From positions 160,001 through 224,000 of the forward strand of contig OY843768.1 in the NCBI GenBank assembly GCA_963693095.2: a DNA stretch of 64,000 nucleotides, written 5' to 3'. The number at the start of each line of letters is the position of its first letter. Within the stretch, counting starts at the first letter, position 1. The stretch is from Cenarchaeum sp. GTDB taxonomy: Archaea; Thermoproteota; Nitrososphaeria; Nitrososphaerales; Nitrosopumilaceae. Below, one piece after another: positions 18,059-28,825 of this stretch. Both the position numbers and the translations under genes were made by a program. The notes beneath the pieces were generated by a model. It worked only from the letters and a program-made list of their open reading frames with translations. It searched no databases and was not told the DNA's origin.

Positions 18059-20185
18059 ATGAACGCGCGCGTCCGGCGCATCTTTGATGAGACGATACAG
18101 ACCGACCACAAGGTGATAACTGAGGATGTCTCAAAGTCCATTCTGCGATCATATGGCATCAAGGTTCCGCGCCACACGCTTGCGACCACTCCCGAGGAGG
18201 CCGCGCGCGCCGCGCGCTCGATCGGCTTCCCGCTCGTGATGAAGGTCGTCTCGCCGCAGATACTCCACAAGACTGACATTGGCGGCGTAAAGGTCGGCAT
18301 CAGCAGCGCCGCTGAGGCCAAAAAGGCCTTTGGCGAGATGATGCGCAACGCGCGCCGCGTCAAGGGCGCCGAGATCAAGGGCATACTCCTCGAGCAGATG
18401 GCCGGCAAGGGCGTCGAGCTCATAGTTGGCCTGCAGAACGACCCGCAGTTTGGCCCCGTTATCATGGTCGGCATGGGCGGCGTCATGACCGAGGTGATCA
18501 AGGACGTCGCGTTTCGCATGCTGCCAATCACGGCCAAAGACGTCAGGTCGATGATCTCGGAGCTAAAGGGCTCAAAGCTCCTGCAGGGATTTCGCGGCTC
18601 TGCGCGCGTTGACATGGCAATGCTCACAAAGGCCCTCCTTGCTATAGGCCGCCTCGGAGTCGAGAACGCGTCGCACTTTGAGAGCATTGACTTTAACCCC
18701 GTCATCGTGCAGCCGCGCTCGTACTCGGTCGTTGACGCAAAGATAATCCTGCGCAAGAGCCCTGATCCGGATGCGATCTCGCGCGCCAGGCCCGACTCGT
18801 CGCACATGGAGACGTTCTTTACGCCAAGGTCAATAGCGCTAGTCGGCGCGTCGGCCACAAAGGGCAAGATAGGCAACTCTGTACTTGACAGCCTCACGCG
18901 CCATGACTACAAGGGCAAGGTGTACCCGATCAACCCAAAAAAGGCAAGCATCCTCGGAACAAAGTGCTACCCTTCAATATCGGCAATACCGGGCAAGGTT
19001 GACCTCGTTGTCGTCTGCGTCGACCTGTCAGTGACGCCGCCGATACTCGAAGAGTGCGCCAAAAAGGGAATCCACAGCGTCGTTATCGTGTCTGGCGGCG
19101 GCAAGGAGCTCGGCGGCGAGCGGGCAGCATACGAGGCCGAGATAAAGCGCCTCTCACAGGAGCACAAGATTCGCATAATAGGGCCCAACTGCATTGGCAT
19201 GTTCAACGCCGCAAACAGGCTAGACTGCGCGTTTCAGGGGCAGGCGCGCATGGTTCGCGCGCGCCTGGGTCCGGTCGCGCTCCTCTCGCAGAGCGGGACG
19301 ATGGGCATCAGCTTTCTGGAGACTGCTGACACGTTTGGCCTCTCAAAGATGGTCAGCTATGGCAACAGGTCTGATGTTGATGAGGCTGACATGATATGGT
19401 ACCTTGCCGATGACGCGCAGACCAGGGTCATTGCGCTATATGTCGAGGGCTTTGGCGACGGGCGCAAGTTCATCGAGACTGCAAAGCGCGTCATGCGCGA
19501 CAAGAAAAAGCCCGTCGTGATCTGGAAGAGCGGGCGCACGGAGATGGGCGCAAAGCAGGCCGCCTCGCACACGGGCTCACTTGGCGGCTCTAACGCGATA
19601 ATAATGGGCGCGCTGCGCCAGGCCGGAATCATATCAGTCGACAGCTATCAGGAGCTCGCCGCAGTCACAAAGGCCCTGGCGTGGCAGCCTGCGGCGGCCG
19701 GTGGTGCTGCTGCGCTCACGAGCAACGGCGCGGGTCCGATGATCGGCGCAATGGACCACTTTGAGCGCCTCGGCATATCGCTTGCCAAAATATCGCCGAG
19801 AAGCCTAAAGTCGATGGTTGCGCACTTTCCAAAGACGTATGTCATCGGCAAGGGCAACCCCGTGGACGTCACGGGCGGCGCGACGGCTGAGGACTATCAG
19901 TATGTCATAAAGACGTTCATGGCCGATCCGGCCGTGGACATTGTCATGCCGTGGTTTGTCTTCCAGGACGACCCCCTCGACGAGGTCATCATAAAGTACC
20001 TCGCCGAGTTCTCCAAGAGGCGCAAAAAGCCGATCCTCGTGGGCGGCAACGGCGGCCCCTACACGGCGCGCGTCTCGGCGATGATAGAGGCCAACAAGAT
20101 ACCAGTCTATGACGACCTGCGCGACTGGGTTGCGGCCGCCTCGGCCCTGGCCCAGTGGGGCGCACGCGGGGGCCACAAGAGATGA
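18059..20185 (+). CDS. ADP-forming acyl-CoA synthetase, likely 3-hydroxypropionyl-CoA synthetase of the 3HP/4HB cycle
   Basis: ATP-grasp N-terminus (HKTDIGGV), CoA-binding domain, GPNC, ASHTG phosphohistidine; adjacent to a crotonase as in N. maritimus Nmar_1309/1308. Confidence 0.88.
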   Translation: MNARVRRIFDETIQTDHKVITEDVSKSILRSYGIKVPRHTLATTPEEAARAARSIGFPLVMKVVSPQILHKTDIGGVKVGISSAAEAKKAFGEMMRNARRVKGAEIKGILLEQMAGKGVELIVGLQNDPQFGPVIMVGMGGVMTEVIKDVAFRMLPITAKDVRSMISELKGSKLLQGFRGSARVDMAMLTKALLAIGRLGVENASHFESIDFNPVIVQPRSYSVVDAKIILRKSPDPDAISRARPDSSHMETFFTPRSIALVGASATKGKIGNSVLDSLTRHDYKGKVYPINPKKASILGTKCYPSISAIPGKVDLVVVCVDLSVTPPILEECAKKGIHSVVIVSGGGKELGGERAAYEAEIKRLSQEHKIRIIGPNCIGMFNAANRLDCAFQGQARMVRARLGPVALLSQSGTMGISFLETADTFGLSKMVSYGNRSDVDEADMIWYLADDAQTRVIALYVEGFGDGRKFIETAKRVMRDKKKPVVIWKSGRTEMGAKQAASHTGSLGGSNAIIMGALRQAGIISVDSYQELAAVTKALAWQPAAAGGAAALTSNGAGPMIGAMDHFERLGISLAKISPRSLKSMVAHFPKTYVIGKGNPVDVTGGATAEDYQYVIKTFMADPAVDIVMPWFVFQDDPLDEVIIKYLAEFSKRRKKPILVGGNGGPYTARVSAMIEANKIPVYDDLRDWVAAASALAQWGARGGHKR

Positions 20186-20219
20186 CATTTATGGCGGCAT
20201 ACGGGAGCCCTGGCACATA

Positions 20220-20981
20220 ATGGCGCTCGTAGAGCACTCGACAACCGAGTCTGTCTGCACGGTAAAGATCAACCGCCCCGACAAGCTCAACGCGATGAAC
20301 ATGGACGTCGCGCGCGAGCTCATTCGCACGTTTGAGTCCCTTGCGCTCGACGAAAAGGTTCGCGTTATAATCCTGACCGGTGAGGGTGACAGGGCCTTTT
20401 CGGCAGGCGCCGATATAGAGTACATGTCACGCATCACGCCTGATGAGTCAGTAGAGTACGCAAAGCTCGGGCAGCTCCTCACGCAGACAGTCGAGCTTGT
20501 CCCGCAGCCGACGATAGCGGCAGTCAACGGGTACGCGCTAGGCGGCGGATGCGAGCTAGCAATGTCATGCGACATACGCATTGCCGCCGAGACTGCAAAG
20601 CTCGGGCAGCCCGAGGTCACGATAGGCATACCGCCGGGATGGGGCGGCACGCAGAGGCTCATGCGCATTGTCGGAATAGCAAAGGCAAAAGAGCTCGTCT
20701 ATACGGGCAAGGCCGTAAAGGCCGAGGAGGCCCGCGAGATAGGCCTCGTCAACAGGGTCGTCCCGCTAGAGTCACTCGCCGAGGAGGCTAACTCAATGGC
20801 GCGCGCGATCGCGGCAAACTCGGATATGGGCGTTCGCATGTCAAAGGTGTCGATAAACACCGGCCGCAACGCCGACCTGGCAACCGGACTTAGCGTCGAG
20901 CTGCTCGCGTGGCGCAACTGCTTTACGCACGAGGACCGCAAGGAGCGCATGACGGCCTTTGTCAACAAGTCAAAACACTAG
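20220..20981 (+). CDS. Crotonyl-CoA hydratase / 3-hydroxypropionyl-CoA dehydratase
   Basis: [33 protein letters not shown]. Confidence 0.9.
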   Translation: MALVEHSTTESVCTVKINRPDKLNAMNMDVARELIRTFESLALDEKVRVIILTGEGDRAFSAGADIEYMSRITPDESVEYAKLGQLLTQTVELVPQPTIAAVNGYALGGGCELAMSCDIRIAAETAKLGQPEVTIGIPPGWGGTQRLMRIVGIAKAKELVYTGKAVKAEEAREIGLVNRVVPLESLAEEANSMARAIAANSDMGVRMSKVSINTGRNADLATGLSVELLAWRNCFTHEDRKERMTAFVNKSKH

Positions 20982-20999
20982 GCGCGCGCCGCACATGCC

Positions 21000-21545
21000 A
21001 TGGACCTTGGGCTTCTGAGGGCATCGCTCTCGACGCGCATTGGTGCTGATGTCGCATCCTCCAACCGCGCCCCCTCGGCGGTCCTGCTCACGTTTCACGG
21101 TCCGGGCGAGCCGTCTGTCATCATGACCGTAAAGCCGCAGCACATGAGGCAGCACGCCGGCGAGGTCGCCTTTCCGGGCGGCAAGCGCGAGGAGGGCGAC
21201 GCTGACCTCCTCGAGACTGCCCTGCGCGAGACCCGCGAGGAGCTCGGCCTGGAGATCGGCAGGGACGAGATCATCGGCCAGATGGGCGCCGTCGAGACGC
21301 AGAGCACGGGATACGTCATTGCGCCCTTTGTCCATATCCTGGAGGACTCGCCTAACCTGCGCCCCAACGCCGAGGTCGCCGAGGTCCTGCGCATTCCGCT
21401 CGGGCCGTTCCTGGCCACGCTCAAGACCTCAGGCCAGATGGGTCCCACACTCACGCACGGGCCCCACACGGTCTGGGGGGCGTCTGCGAGAATCCTCGCC
21501 GAGGTCTCCGGCAGGCTGCGCCTCGCAGGCGGGAGCTTGGTTTAA
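21000..21545 (+). CDS. NUDIX hydrolase (CoA pyrophosphatase-like)
   Basis: HAGEVAFPGG...ALRETREELG, VWGASA. Confidence 0.88.
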   Translation: MDLGLLRASLSTRIGADVASSNRAPSAVLLTFHGPGEPSVIMTVKPQHMRQHAGEVAFPGGKREEGDADLLETALRETREELGLEIGRDEIIGQMGAVETQSTGYVIAPFVHILEDSPNLRPNAEVAEVLRIPLGPFLATLKTSGQMGPTLTHGPHTVWGASARILAEVSGRLRLAGGSLV

Positions 21546-21573
21546 AAAGAGCCGTCGGGGAGGCGCCACCCTG

Positions 21574-21732
21574 ATGGCAGCGCGCAAGAGCTCGGCTCGC
21601 AAGATCCGCCTTATCAGAAAGGCAAAGCAGACATCGCCGGTGCCAGCATGGGTGATACTTCGCACAAAGCGCGGGGTTCGAACAAACCCAAAGCGCCGCG
21701 CCTGGCGCCAGACGGACGTGGATGTGGGCTAG
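21574..21732 (+). CDS. rpl39e: 50S ribosomal protein L39e
   Basis: KQTSPVPAWVILRT...NPKRRAWR. Confidence 0.92.
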   Translation: MAARKSSARKIRLIRKAKQTSPVPAWVILRTKRGVRTNPKRRAWRQTDVDVG

Positions 21733-21733
21733 A

Positions 21734-22363
21734 TTGGCCGACGATTCTGAGCGCGTCTACACGATACCATTGGGCAAGGTTCTCCTCTCTCCGGACAACC
21801 GCCGCGCGATGCGCGCAATCAACATGATCCGCGAGTTTGCGCGCCGCCACATGAAGGTCCAGGAGATAAAGATAGACCAGTCGCTCTCGCATGAGATATG
21901 GGCCCGCGGGATAAAGAGCCCGCCGCGCAAGGTCCGTGTCCGCATGTCAAAGACCGAAGAGGGTCATGTCCTCGTCTCGCCGTACTCGCTTGGAGCCGGT
22001 CCGGATGACGGGGCAGGGGGCAAGGACGACGCCGCGAAGGACGAGAGTCCGGCCGTGGAGGATGCGCCCGGCGATGACGTTGCGCCAGAGGCTGAGACTG
22101 CCGACGCGCCAGAGACTGATACTGCCGATGCTGCTGACGTTGCAGTAGAGCCAAAGGGAGATGACGCCAAACCTGCAGATGCTGCTGATGTGCCAGCCGG
22201 GCCAAAGGGAGATGATGCCAAACCTGCCGATGCTCCTGCCGCCAAGCCCAAACCAGCAGATGCTCCTGTTACCAAGCCCAAGGCTGCCGGTGGCAGCGCA
22301 AAGCCTGATGTGGCCAAAAAGGCAAAGTCTTCAGCACCTGCTACAAAGAAAAAGTCAAAGTAA
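21734..22363 (+). CDS. rpl31e: 50S ribosomal protein L31e with long repetitive C-terminal extension
   Basis: ERVYTIPL, RAI..IREF..RHMK, WARGIKSPP; Ala/Asp/Pro/Lys tail. Confidence 0.9.
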   Translation: MADDSERVYTIPLGKVLLSPDNRRAMRAINMIREFARRHMKVQEIKIDQSLSHEIWARGIKSPPRKVRVRMSKTEEGHVLVSPYSLGAGPDDGAGGKDDAAKDESPAVEDAPGDDVAPEAETADAPETDTADAADVAVEPKGDDAKPADAADVPAGPKGDDAKPADAPAAKPKPADAPVTKPKAAGGSAKPDVAKKAKSSAPATKKKSK

Positions 22364-22396
22364 CACTTGCACGGCCCTGATGGCCGTGTGAAAGTC

Positions 22397-23335
22397 CTAG
22401 CGCTCTATCTGGTCAATGTCGAGGCTGCACGGAACGCTAGACTCGGCCTCGGCCCAGTCAAGCGTCATGTCCGACGGTATTGCGCCGAGTGGATCGTATG
22501 CGTCAAACTTTGATGCGCCGCGCAGCTCCGAGACTACGACAATGCCCTCCTTGCCCGTGCCAGTCGGCATTGCAGTGGCCTCGCCGCCTGTCATGCCCGA
22601 GACTGCCTCCACTGTCTCGGCGATTGCGCCAACGGGCACGTCATCGCCGGTGACGTGAATGAGCGAGCCGCCGATCGTGCCGTTCGCGGCCCCCTCGTGG
22701 ATCATCTTTATGGCCTCGCGCAGCGACTCCTCGAGGCCGGCGCCCGCACTCGATGCGGCGACCATGCTGTCGCCGCCAGGGACGCTGCCGGCGCCGATCG
22801 AGCCAACAACGTGCATGATTGCCGCATTTGCCATCTCTATGCAACTGCGCGCCCCCAGGTTTGGGTTGCCCTCTAGCATTGCGTCATTGTCTACGATGAT
22901 CGAGCAGTCGCTTGCCTCACGCAGCCTCTTTAGGGCGATTCCGGCACCGAATATGCGATCGTGCTCATAGCCAAAGGGCATTATCGCAACCGAGATGACG
23001 CGCTTGCCGGCACTGGCCGCAGCGGCGGCCACCATGGGGGCGATTCCGGCCCCAGAGCGGCCCGCGAGGCCTGCCATTATGATGACTGTCCGGGTGTCTC
23101 TGGCGGCCTCTAGGACGCGCTCGGCCTCCCTGCGCGCTGCGGCGCGTATGACGTGAACCGTGGGATTGATGACCGGTGCCGTGGAGACCTCTATGGAGGC
23201 CTCGCCGTGGAGGTCAGAGGCGACGTTGCTCACGAGTACGTGCCCTGCGCCTAGCCTCGAGGCGGCCTCTGGCGCTAGCCTCGAGCCCGCGCCGCCTGCC
23301 CCGACGATCATGATCGGCTCCAATACTGTGGTCAC
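22397..23335 (-). CDS. ftsZ: Divergent thaumarchaeal FtsZ-like protein
   Basis: VGAGGAG, degenerate tubulin signature AGLAGRSGAGIAP, MPFGYE, VDNDA. Confidence 0.75.
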   Translation of the reverse strand: MTTVLEPIMIVGAGGAGSRLAPEAASRLGAGHVLVSNVASDLHGEASIEVSTAPVINPTVHVIRAAARREAERVLEAARDTRTVIIMAGLAGRSGAGIAPMVAAAAASAGKRVISVAIMPFGYEHDRIFGAGIALKRLREASDCSIIVDNDAMLEGNPNLGARSCIEMANAAIMHVVGSIGAGSVPGGDSMVAASSAGAGLEESLREAIKMIHEGAANGTIGGSLIHVTGDDVPVGAIAETVEAVSGMTGGEATAMPTGTGKEGIVVVSELRGASKFDAYDPLGAIPSDMTLDWAEAESSVPCSLDIDQIER

Positions 23336-23409
23336 TGCATAGGGGGCTGCGCGGTTTGGATAAAAAAGCTTCCCGTGTAGCCTTAATCATACCTGCGATC
23401 TAAAGTTTT

Positions 23410-24684
23410 TTAGCTCATCGCCACGGCCAAGAGGCAGTGAGTCGTCGCCCTGGTCACCTCGGCCTCTAGGCGCTCTCCTGCCGGGGCACTGCCGCACCCA
23501 TCAACGTCGAGCTGCCTGTAGGCCCCGTTGCGGCCCACCATGCCTCGCTCGCCCCTGCCGGTGAGCCTGACCTGGCCCTTCCAGCCGACCCACGCCTCGC
23601 TGGCCTCGAGTACGATCCTGCCGGCCAGGTCGTGTATCTCCTTGCTGCGCCGCTTGACGGCCCGCTCGTCGGGGCGCTCGAGCAGGGCCGCCTCGGTGCC
23701 CGGCCTGGAGCTGTACCTGGAGAGGTTTACAATGTCAGGCCGCGTCTCCTCGAGGAGGCGCACGGTCTGCGCATGGTCATCGTCAGTCTCGCCGGGATAG
23801 CCGACGATGATGTCAGTGGCCACGGTAAATCTCGCAAAGCGCCGCCTCATCGTCTCGCACGCGCGCGCAAACGTCTGCGCCGTGTGACCACGCTTCATCG
23901 CGCCGAGGATGGCGTCGCTTCCGCTCTGGACGGGCATGTGGAGGAATCGGTATATGCGCGGATCGGCCTCCATGGCGTCTGCAATGCCGTCAAGCGTGCG
24001 ACCCGCGTACATTGGGTTCATCATGCCAACGCGCACGCCAAAGTCGCCCTCGACGTCGCTTACTGCGCGCAATAGCTCCGGCAGGCTCGAGTCGATGTCA
24101 TGCCCATAGCACCCGTTGTCAGTCGACGTTAGCCATATCTCACGGCACCCGTCGCGCACATCGGCGCGAACCTGCCTGACGATATCGCCGACGCGATAGC
24201 TCTGAAGTCCACCCTTTGCGAGCTTTGTCTGGCAGAATGAGCACTCACTCATGCACCCGCTTGCAATCTCGACTATTCCCACCAGTGGATCCAGGCGCAC
24301 CTTTGGCAGGCCGACCTTTGTGTCTGTCCCGTCAAGCGCAACGCGCCGCTCGCCGACAAGGGCTGCATTGACAAGCTCGCCGGCGCGCGATATTGCTCCC
24401 GGCCCCATCATGCCGGCCTGCGGCGTAATCTTGCGCACGGTCTCTGGCTCGGCCTTTGCCATGCATCCGGCAACGACTAGTGGTCTTGAGGAGAGGTGTC
24501 GCATTCGCTGGATCATGCGTCTTGCCGTGGCGTCCTTTACCGAGCACGTGACGATGACACTAGCGTCGGCATCGCCCTCGCCGTCAGCTATCGTGTGGCC
24601 CTCTGAGCGCAGGACACCGGCGATCATCTCCGAGTCGGCCCTGCTCGCCGAGCACCCGTACTCTTCAATGTGGACCCTCGCCGT
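23410..24684 (-). CDS. tRNA methylthiotransferase, MiaB/MtaB family (radical SAM); start uncertain, possibly ACG
   Basis: YGC..S..DSE, TCSVK, GCMSECSFC, DIIVGYPGET, TRAM-like tail. Confidence 0.88.
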   Translation of the reverse strand, partial: TARVHIEEYGCSASRADSEMIAGVLRSEGHTIADGEGDADASVIVTCSVKDATARRMIQRMRHLSSRPLVVAGCMAKAEPETVRKITPQAGMMGPGAISRAGELVNAALVGERRVALDGTDTKVGLPKVRLDPLVGIVEIASGCMSECSFCQTKLAKGGLQSYRVGDIVRQVRADVRDGCREIWLTSTDNGCYGHDIDSSLPELLRAVSDVEGDFGVRVGMMNPMYAGRTLDGIADAMEADPRIYRFLHMPVQSGSDAILGAMKRGHTAQTFARACETMRRRFARFTVATDIIVGYPGETDDDHAQTVRLLEETRPDIVNLSRYSSRPGTEAALLERPDERAVKRRSKEIHDLAGRIVLEASEAWVGWKGQVRLTGRGERGMVGRNGAYRQLDVDGCGSAPAGERLEAEVTRATTHCLLAVAMS

Positions 24685-24691
24685 GGCCGCC

Positions 24692-26053
24692 TCACCTGAG
24701 TAGCGCGTCCATCTCGGCGCTCGTTGCAATCCCGCCGGCGACTGCAAGCTCCCTGATCGTCTTGCCTGTTGCAAGTGACTCCTTGAAGAGGGCCGCGGCC
24801 CTCTGGTAGCCTATCTTTGGCGCGAGGAGCGTGACTATGACGGGGCTGCCCTCTATGCGCCCGCGCATCTTGGCCTTGTCAGCACCTAGGCCGTCGATGA
24901 GGTTTGCTGCAAACTTTGGCCCAAAGCCGGCGAGCATGTCTAGTGAGTCAAGCGTGCGGTCGATCATGACGGGAAGCATGACGTTGAGCTCAAACTGGCC
25001 CGCAGACGCCGCTGCGGCGACTGCGGCATCGTTGCCAGATATTGCGATGCAGACCATGTTCATGCACTCGGCGAGTGACGGGTTTACCTTTCCGGGCATT
25101 ATCGACGAGCCCGCATGGACCGCCGGTATCGAGAGCTCTGCAATTCCGGCGACAGGGCCTGACGCCATGAGCCTAATGTCATTTGACACCCTGCCTAGCT
25201 CGACGGCGAGGCCGCGCAGCGCGCCGGAGAGTGACGCGATGGCCTGCCTGCTCTGGAGGCCATACTGCATGTCTGGCTCGGGGCGCAGTTTTAGCCGCGA
25301 CACGCGCGCAAGCTCGGCGACTGCAGCACGCCTGTAGCCGCGCGGAGTGTTTGCGCCAGTTCCTACTGCCGTTCCGCCAAGTGCTACGGCCTCTAGCGGC
25401 CTGGCAGCGGCCGCTATAGAGTCGCGCGCCGACTTTATCGCAGTCGCGTACGCGCCAAACTCGGCGCCAAGCGTGACGGGAAGCGCGTCCATTAGGTGCG
25501 TGCGCCCGAGCTTTTTGTGCGAGGAGAATGCCCTTGACTTTTTTCGCAGCGAGGAGACTATGCGGTCTATGGCCGGAAGCGTGGCCTTTGTGGCGCCGAG
25601 TGCGGCCACGTGCATTGCTGTGGGAAACGTGTCGTTGCTTGACTGTGACATGTTGACATGGTCGTTTGGGTGGAGGTGCCCGTACTCGCCGCGCCTCTTG
25701 CCGAGCTTTTCGAGGGCGACGTTTGCGATGACCTCGTTTGTGTTCATGTTGAGCGCCGTGCCGGCCCCCGAGTTTATCGCGTCGACTGCAAAGTCCCCCA
25801 TGTGCTCCCCGCCGAGTATGGCGTCACACGCCCTGGTTATCGCGCGACCCGTGGACTTTGGAAGGGCGCCGACGCGCATGTTGGCGACAGCCGCTGACCT
25901 CTTTGTCATTACAAACGCCCTGATGAGGCCGTCATGCGACCTCCTTCCAGTGACCGTGTACTGGGCGATCGCCCTGGCCGTGAATGGCCCATAGTATGCC
26001 GAGTATGGCACCTTTACGTCGCCTAGCGAGTCCGTGTCGGTTCGCGTCTTCAT
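24692..26053 (-). CDS. fumC: Class II fumarate hydratase / aspartase family
   Basis: SQSSNDTFPT, GRTHLMDA, GSSIMPGKVNP signature. Confidence 0.88.
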   Translation of the reverse strand: MKTRTDTDSLGDVKVPYSAYYGPFTARAIAQYTVTGRRSHDGLIRAFVMTKRSAAVANMRVGALPKSTGRAITRACDAILGGEHMGDFAVDAINSGAGTALNMNTNEVIANVALEKLGKRRGEYGHLHPNDHVNMSQSSNDTFPTAMHVAALGATKATLPAIDRIVSSLRKKSRAFSSHKKLGRTHLMDALPVTLGAEFGAYATAIKSARDSIAAAARPLEAVALGGTAVGTGANTPRGYRRAAVAELARVSRLKLRPEPDMQYGLQSRQAIASLSGALRGLAVELGRVSNDIRLMASGPVAGIAELSIPAVHAGSSIMPGKVNPSLAECMNMVCIAISGNDAAVAAAASAGQFELNVMLPVMIDRTLDSLDMLAGFGPKFAANLIDGLGADKAKMRGRIEGSPVIVTLLAPKIGYQRAAALFKESLATGKTIRELAVAGGIATSAEMDALLR

Positions 26054-26103
26054 GCAGCCGCGTCGCTGCGCGTCCCGTTAATCACTCTTTGCGGCCCGTC
26101 TGC

Positions 26104-26214
26104 GTATGAGGTCAGCACCCTCGCCTGTTCATGCCTGGGCAGACGCCGCAGTGGCAAGTCGATATGCCGGATCACGCCCATTTGGTCAAATGGGCAGAGG
26201 TGCTGACCTCATAC
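26104..26214. mobile_element. 111-bp MITE-like element with perfect 16-bp terminal inverted repeats and internal palindrome
   Basis: GTATGAGGTCAGCACC (26104-26119) / GGTGCTGACCTCATAC (26199-26214); GCCCATTTGGTCAAATGGGC at 26176-26195. Confidence 0.8.
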
Positions 26215-26220
26215 TGGTAG

Positions 26221-27543
26221 CTAGAGCATTGCCGGAACCTTGAGCCGCTCGAGCGCATTGTGCGCCTTTATGCGATATAGCGCAGCGTCGCGCTCGGCCT
26301 CCACAAAGTCAAGGCGCCTGACCATGTCTGGCAGGTCGGGTATGAGCGCAGACCCCTCGCACTTTTCCTGGTAGTGATTTGCGTTGACCCGAACCCATTC
26401 GGAGGCGACCGAGGCGAGGAAGAGGAGTCCGTCGTATCCAAGCGCTGACTCAAGTGCCGCAGAGAATGACTCGCGGTTCGCATTTGCGCTCCACCGAACT
26501 GCCATGTCGCGCAGGCGCGATATCTCGCCTGCGTGGCTTGTGAGATCCCTGGTAATCGCATCGTCAGGAAACGATGCTCCACTGGCGTCGCGCATTCTGC
26601 CATGTAGGTCAAAAAGTATGTGGAGCTCTATGACCATCTGCTTGACACAGTTGAGGATCTTGTGGCGCTCTAGTCGGTTCCACAGTGGCGAGAGCGTGTT
26701 GCCCATCGACTGCACCTCGTTTTGCAGCCTGTGCCGACCAAGTGCGTCATACAGCGCACACCTGATCCTGATCAGCTCGGAGGCGGTGTGGATTGCGCCA
26801 TCTCCCATCTGGTCATAGTCAGCACAGTGGGTTGGGTTCTGCGCCACATACGCGTCTATCCTGCTGGAGAGACTTGCCCAGTCAGACAGCCCGATTGGCG
26901 CCTCGGAGGGAATCTTGGAGAGTGCGGCGCAGAATGACTCTGGCATTGCGTGCAATAGCCCATCAAGCAGCGCCAGGGCCATGGTTGCGCACGCAAAGTA
27001 CGGCCGTTCTGCACCGTGGCTGGCCACCATGGCGCTGTCTGGTGACTGGCCTACCTCGACCATTCCGTTGCCCGGACTGGCTATCCTGTCACGCATGTCA
27101 GGCATCCCCAAGACAAGTTTGCGCACCTCGTCAGATAGCGGCTGCAGGTGTGAGAGTTCGACCTTTGCGTCCTTAAGCTGTGAGAGCAGCCCGTCATACA
27201 TGTCGACGAACCGGTGGAGGTCGAGCGCAAGGTACTGCAGGCTAGACTTTATCAGGCAATGATCCTCATCAGACGTTCCCGGCACGAGGCCTGCCGCCTC
27301 GCGCAGCGCAAAGTCCAGCCCAATGCGAAACTCAAACATGTCAACGAGCGTCCGGTCAAGCTTGCCCTGTCTCCCGCTGCCTGACGTGGGGGCCATGTAT
27401 GCGGCGTGGGTACGGTGTATGGGCGAGGCGCACTCGGCCCCGCAATCGGCACTGCACTCGCCTGGCGCCTCATCAAGCCAATAGTCCCACATTAGCGATT
27501 GCCCCCGTGTGAGGGCGTGACATCCGTCATGCCACTGCCGCAC
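26221..27543 (-). CDS. Hypothetical all-helical protein with internal two-domain duplication (possible HEPN-like); start uncertain
   Basis: 440-aa ORF; both halves show E..I...L..A / L.LH.F.D / RD patterns. Confidence 0.55.
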   Translation of the reverse strand: MRQWHDGCHALTRGQSLMWDYWLDEAPGECSADCGAECASPIHRTHAAYMAPTSGSGRQGKLDRTLVDMFEFRIGLDFALREAAGLVPGTSDEDHCLIKSSLQYLALDLHRFVDMYDGLLSQLKDAKVELSHLQPLSDEVRKLVLGMPDMRDRIASPGNGMVEVGQSPDSAMVASHGAERPYFACATMALALLDGLLHAMPESFCAALSKIPSEAPIGLSDWASLSSRIDAYVAQNPTHCADYDQMGDGAIHTASELIRIRCALYDALGRHRLQNEVQSMGNTLSPLWNRLERHKILNCVKQMVIELHILFDLHGRMRDASGASFPDDAITRDLTSHAGEISRLRDMAVRWSANANRESFSAALESALGYDGLLFLASVASEWVRVNANHYQEKCEGSALIPDLPDMVRRLDFVEAERDAALYRIKAHNALERLKVPAML

Positions 27544-27812
27544 ATGGTCACCCCGGTGCGATGATCCCTGCAGCCCATACCGCGCAAATCTCCAACATTA
27601 TGTTATATGTTTTGCTGCATGGACTAGCCTCGCGAATTCGCGTGTCGGCCGCATTGTGGCGGCGTTGGAAGCGTGTGCCAGCCTCAACACGCCATGCTGC
27701 TGCGATCATGCGGCGATGGCGGGCATTTGGCAAGCAGGCGGCTCGGATCCTTGCGATCAAAAAGCTTTAACTAGAAGCGGATCGAAGTGTGGGCAGTGAG
27801 GTCATACGACGC

Positions 27813-28325
27813 ATGAGCGACAAAGGTCAACCAGATCACGGGAGCACGTCTGTGGACAGGCATGAAAGTGAGGACGTGTGCCGTACACTTGAAGCGACCA
27901 TGGGCATAATCGTTCGTGTTGGACGCATAGATTATGATGTTGCAGAGTATCTTGCATGCACACAAGCAAGATCAGCCGAAAATATGCGTGGCGAAAAACG
28001 TCGGAAAATCCTGAGGCATGTTTATAGTATGAACGCGGTGATACGATACAACAATGTCAGAGGAGACCTGAATCGTAAAGACATTGACAACTCACTGAAA
28101 ATGGTGAGGCGAGTACGAAACGGCCTGGCTCATTGTGTAGAACAGATAACCCCAGACGGAGTAACGGGCAATTATGAGGTTCCGATAAGCTATAGCGCAA
28201 AATATCTGAGGCAGGTATTGAAGACTGCCGATTTATGCTCAAAAGACATAACAAAATCATTTCTGAAAAAACAACAATATGTCAAATGGAAGGAGATCGG
28301 CAAGTCAGAGACAAAAGTTGCATAG
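27813..28325 (+). CDS. Putative HEPN-domain ribonuclease
   Basis: RNGLAH (Rx4H) in a helical 170-aa AT-rich ORF. Confidence 0.55.
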   Translation: MSDKGQPDHGSTSVDRHESEDVCRTLEATMGIIVRVGRIDYDVAEYLACTQARSAENMRGEKRRKILRHVYSMNAVIRYNNVRGDLNRKDIDNSLKMVRRVRNGLAHCVEQITPDGVTGNYEVPISYSAKYLRQVLKTADLCSKDITKSFLKKQQYVKWKEIGKSETKVA

Positions 28326-28493
28326 GGCGGGGATTTTGACCCCCCCATGATATCTTTATTGGCGTTTTGTCTAGAACTATCTCGACAGGACCTGTATTTC
28401 ACATTGAAATGATGGCGAAGGACTCGAATGGGCGACCACTACTTTCCGTGCAAAACAAGAGACGGGGCTTTGTCCACAATGATCCCTCAAAAG

Positions 28494-28777
28494 GTATGAG
28501 GCCAGCACCACGTGTGATCATTTGACCAAATGGATGCACCTTGTCCATCTACTTGCCACTGCGACGTCTGTCTAGGCACGAACGAGCGGTGGTGTTGACC
28601 AGGCCCGGCGCCCTAGAGAGATCCTCGATGGCCTCGATCCTGCCGTTGAGCTGCGCCACCATGCTGTCCGGGTTCCGGTCCTGTTGCCCCGTCACGCCCC
28701 TGGGGCAGGCGTCGCGGCAGATGGATCGGCAGGATCACGCCTATTTGGTCAAATGGGCAGGGGTGCTGACATCATAC
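28494..28777. mobile_element. Composite MITE-like element of the same family as 26104-26214
   Basis: Ends GTATGAGGCCAGCACC / GGTGCTGACATCATAC; 28494-28600 is an inverted diverged copy of the 111-bp element; two palindrome copies (about 28519 and 28738). Confidence 0.75.
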
Positions 28778-28825
28778 CCCAAAACCCATGATCCCCTTAT
28801 ATATGGGCCAAATGGGGGCGTGGCA

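Noticed and set aside
28325-28346. tRNA T-arm-like hairpin GGGGATTTTGACCCC as an att site
   Set aside because: Lacks the TTCG/TTCA consensus and does not match the tRNA-Thr in the window; more likely a simple hairpin
28541-28825. 95-aa N-terminal extension of NirK
   Set aside because: Runs through the MITE-like element; the TATA box places the start at 28826
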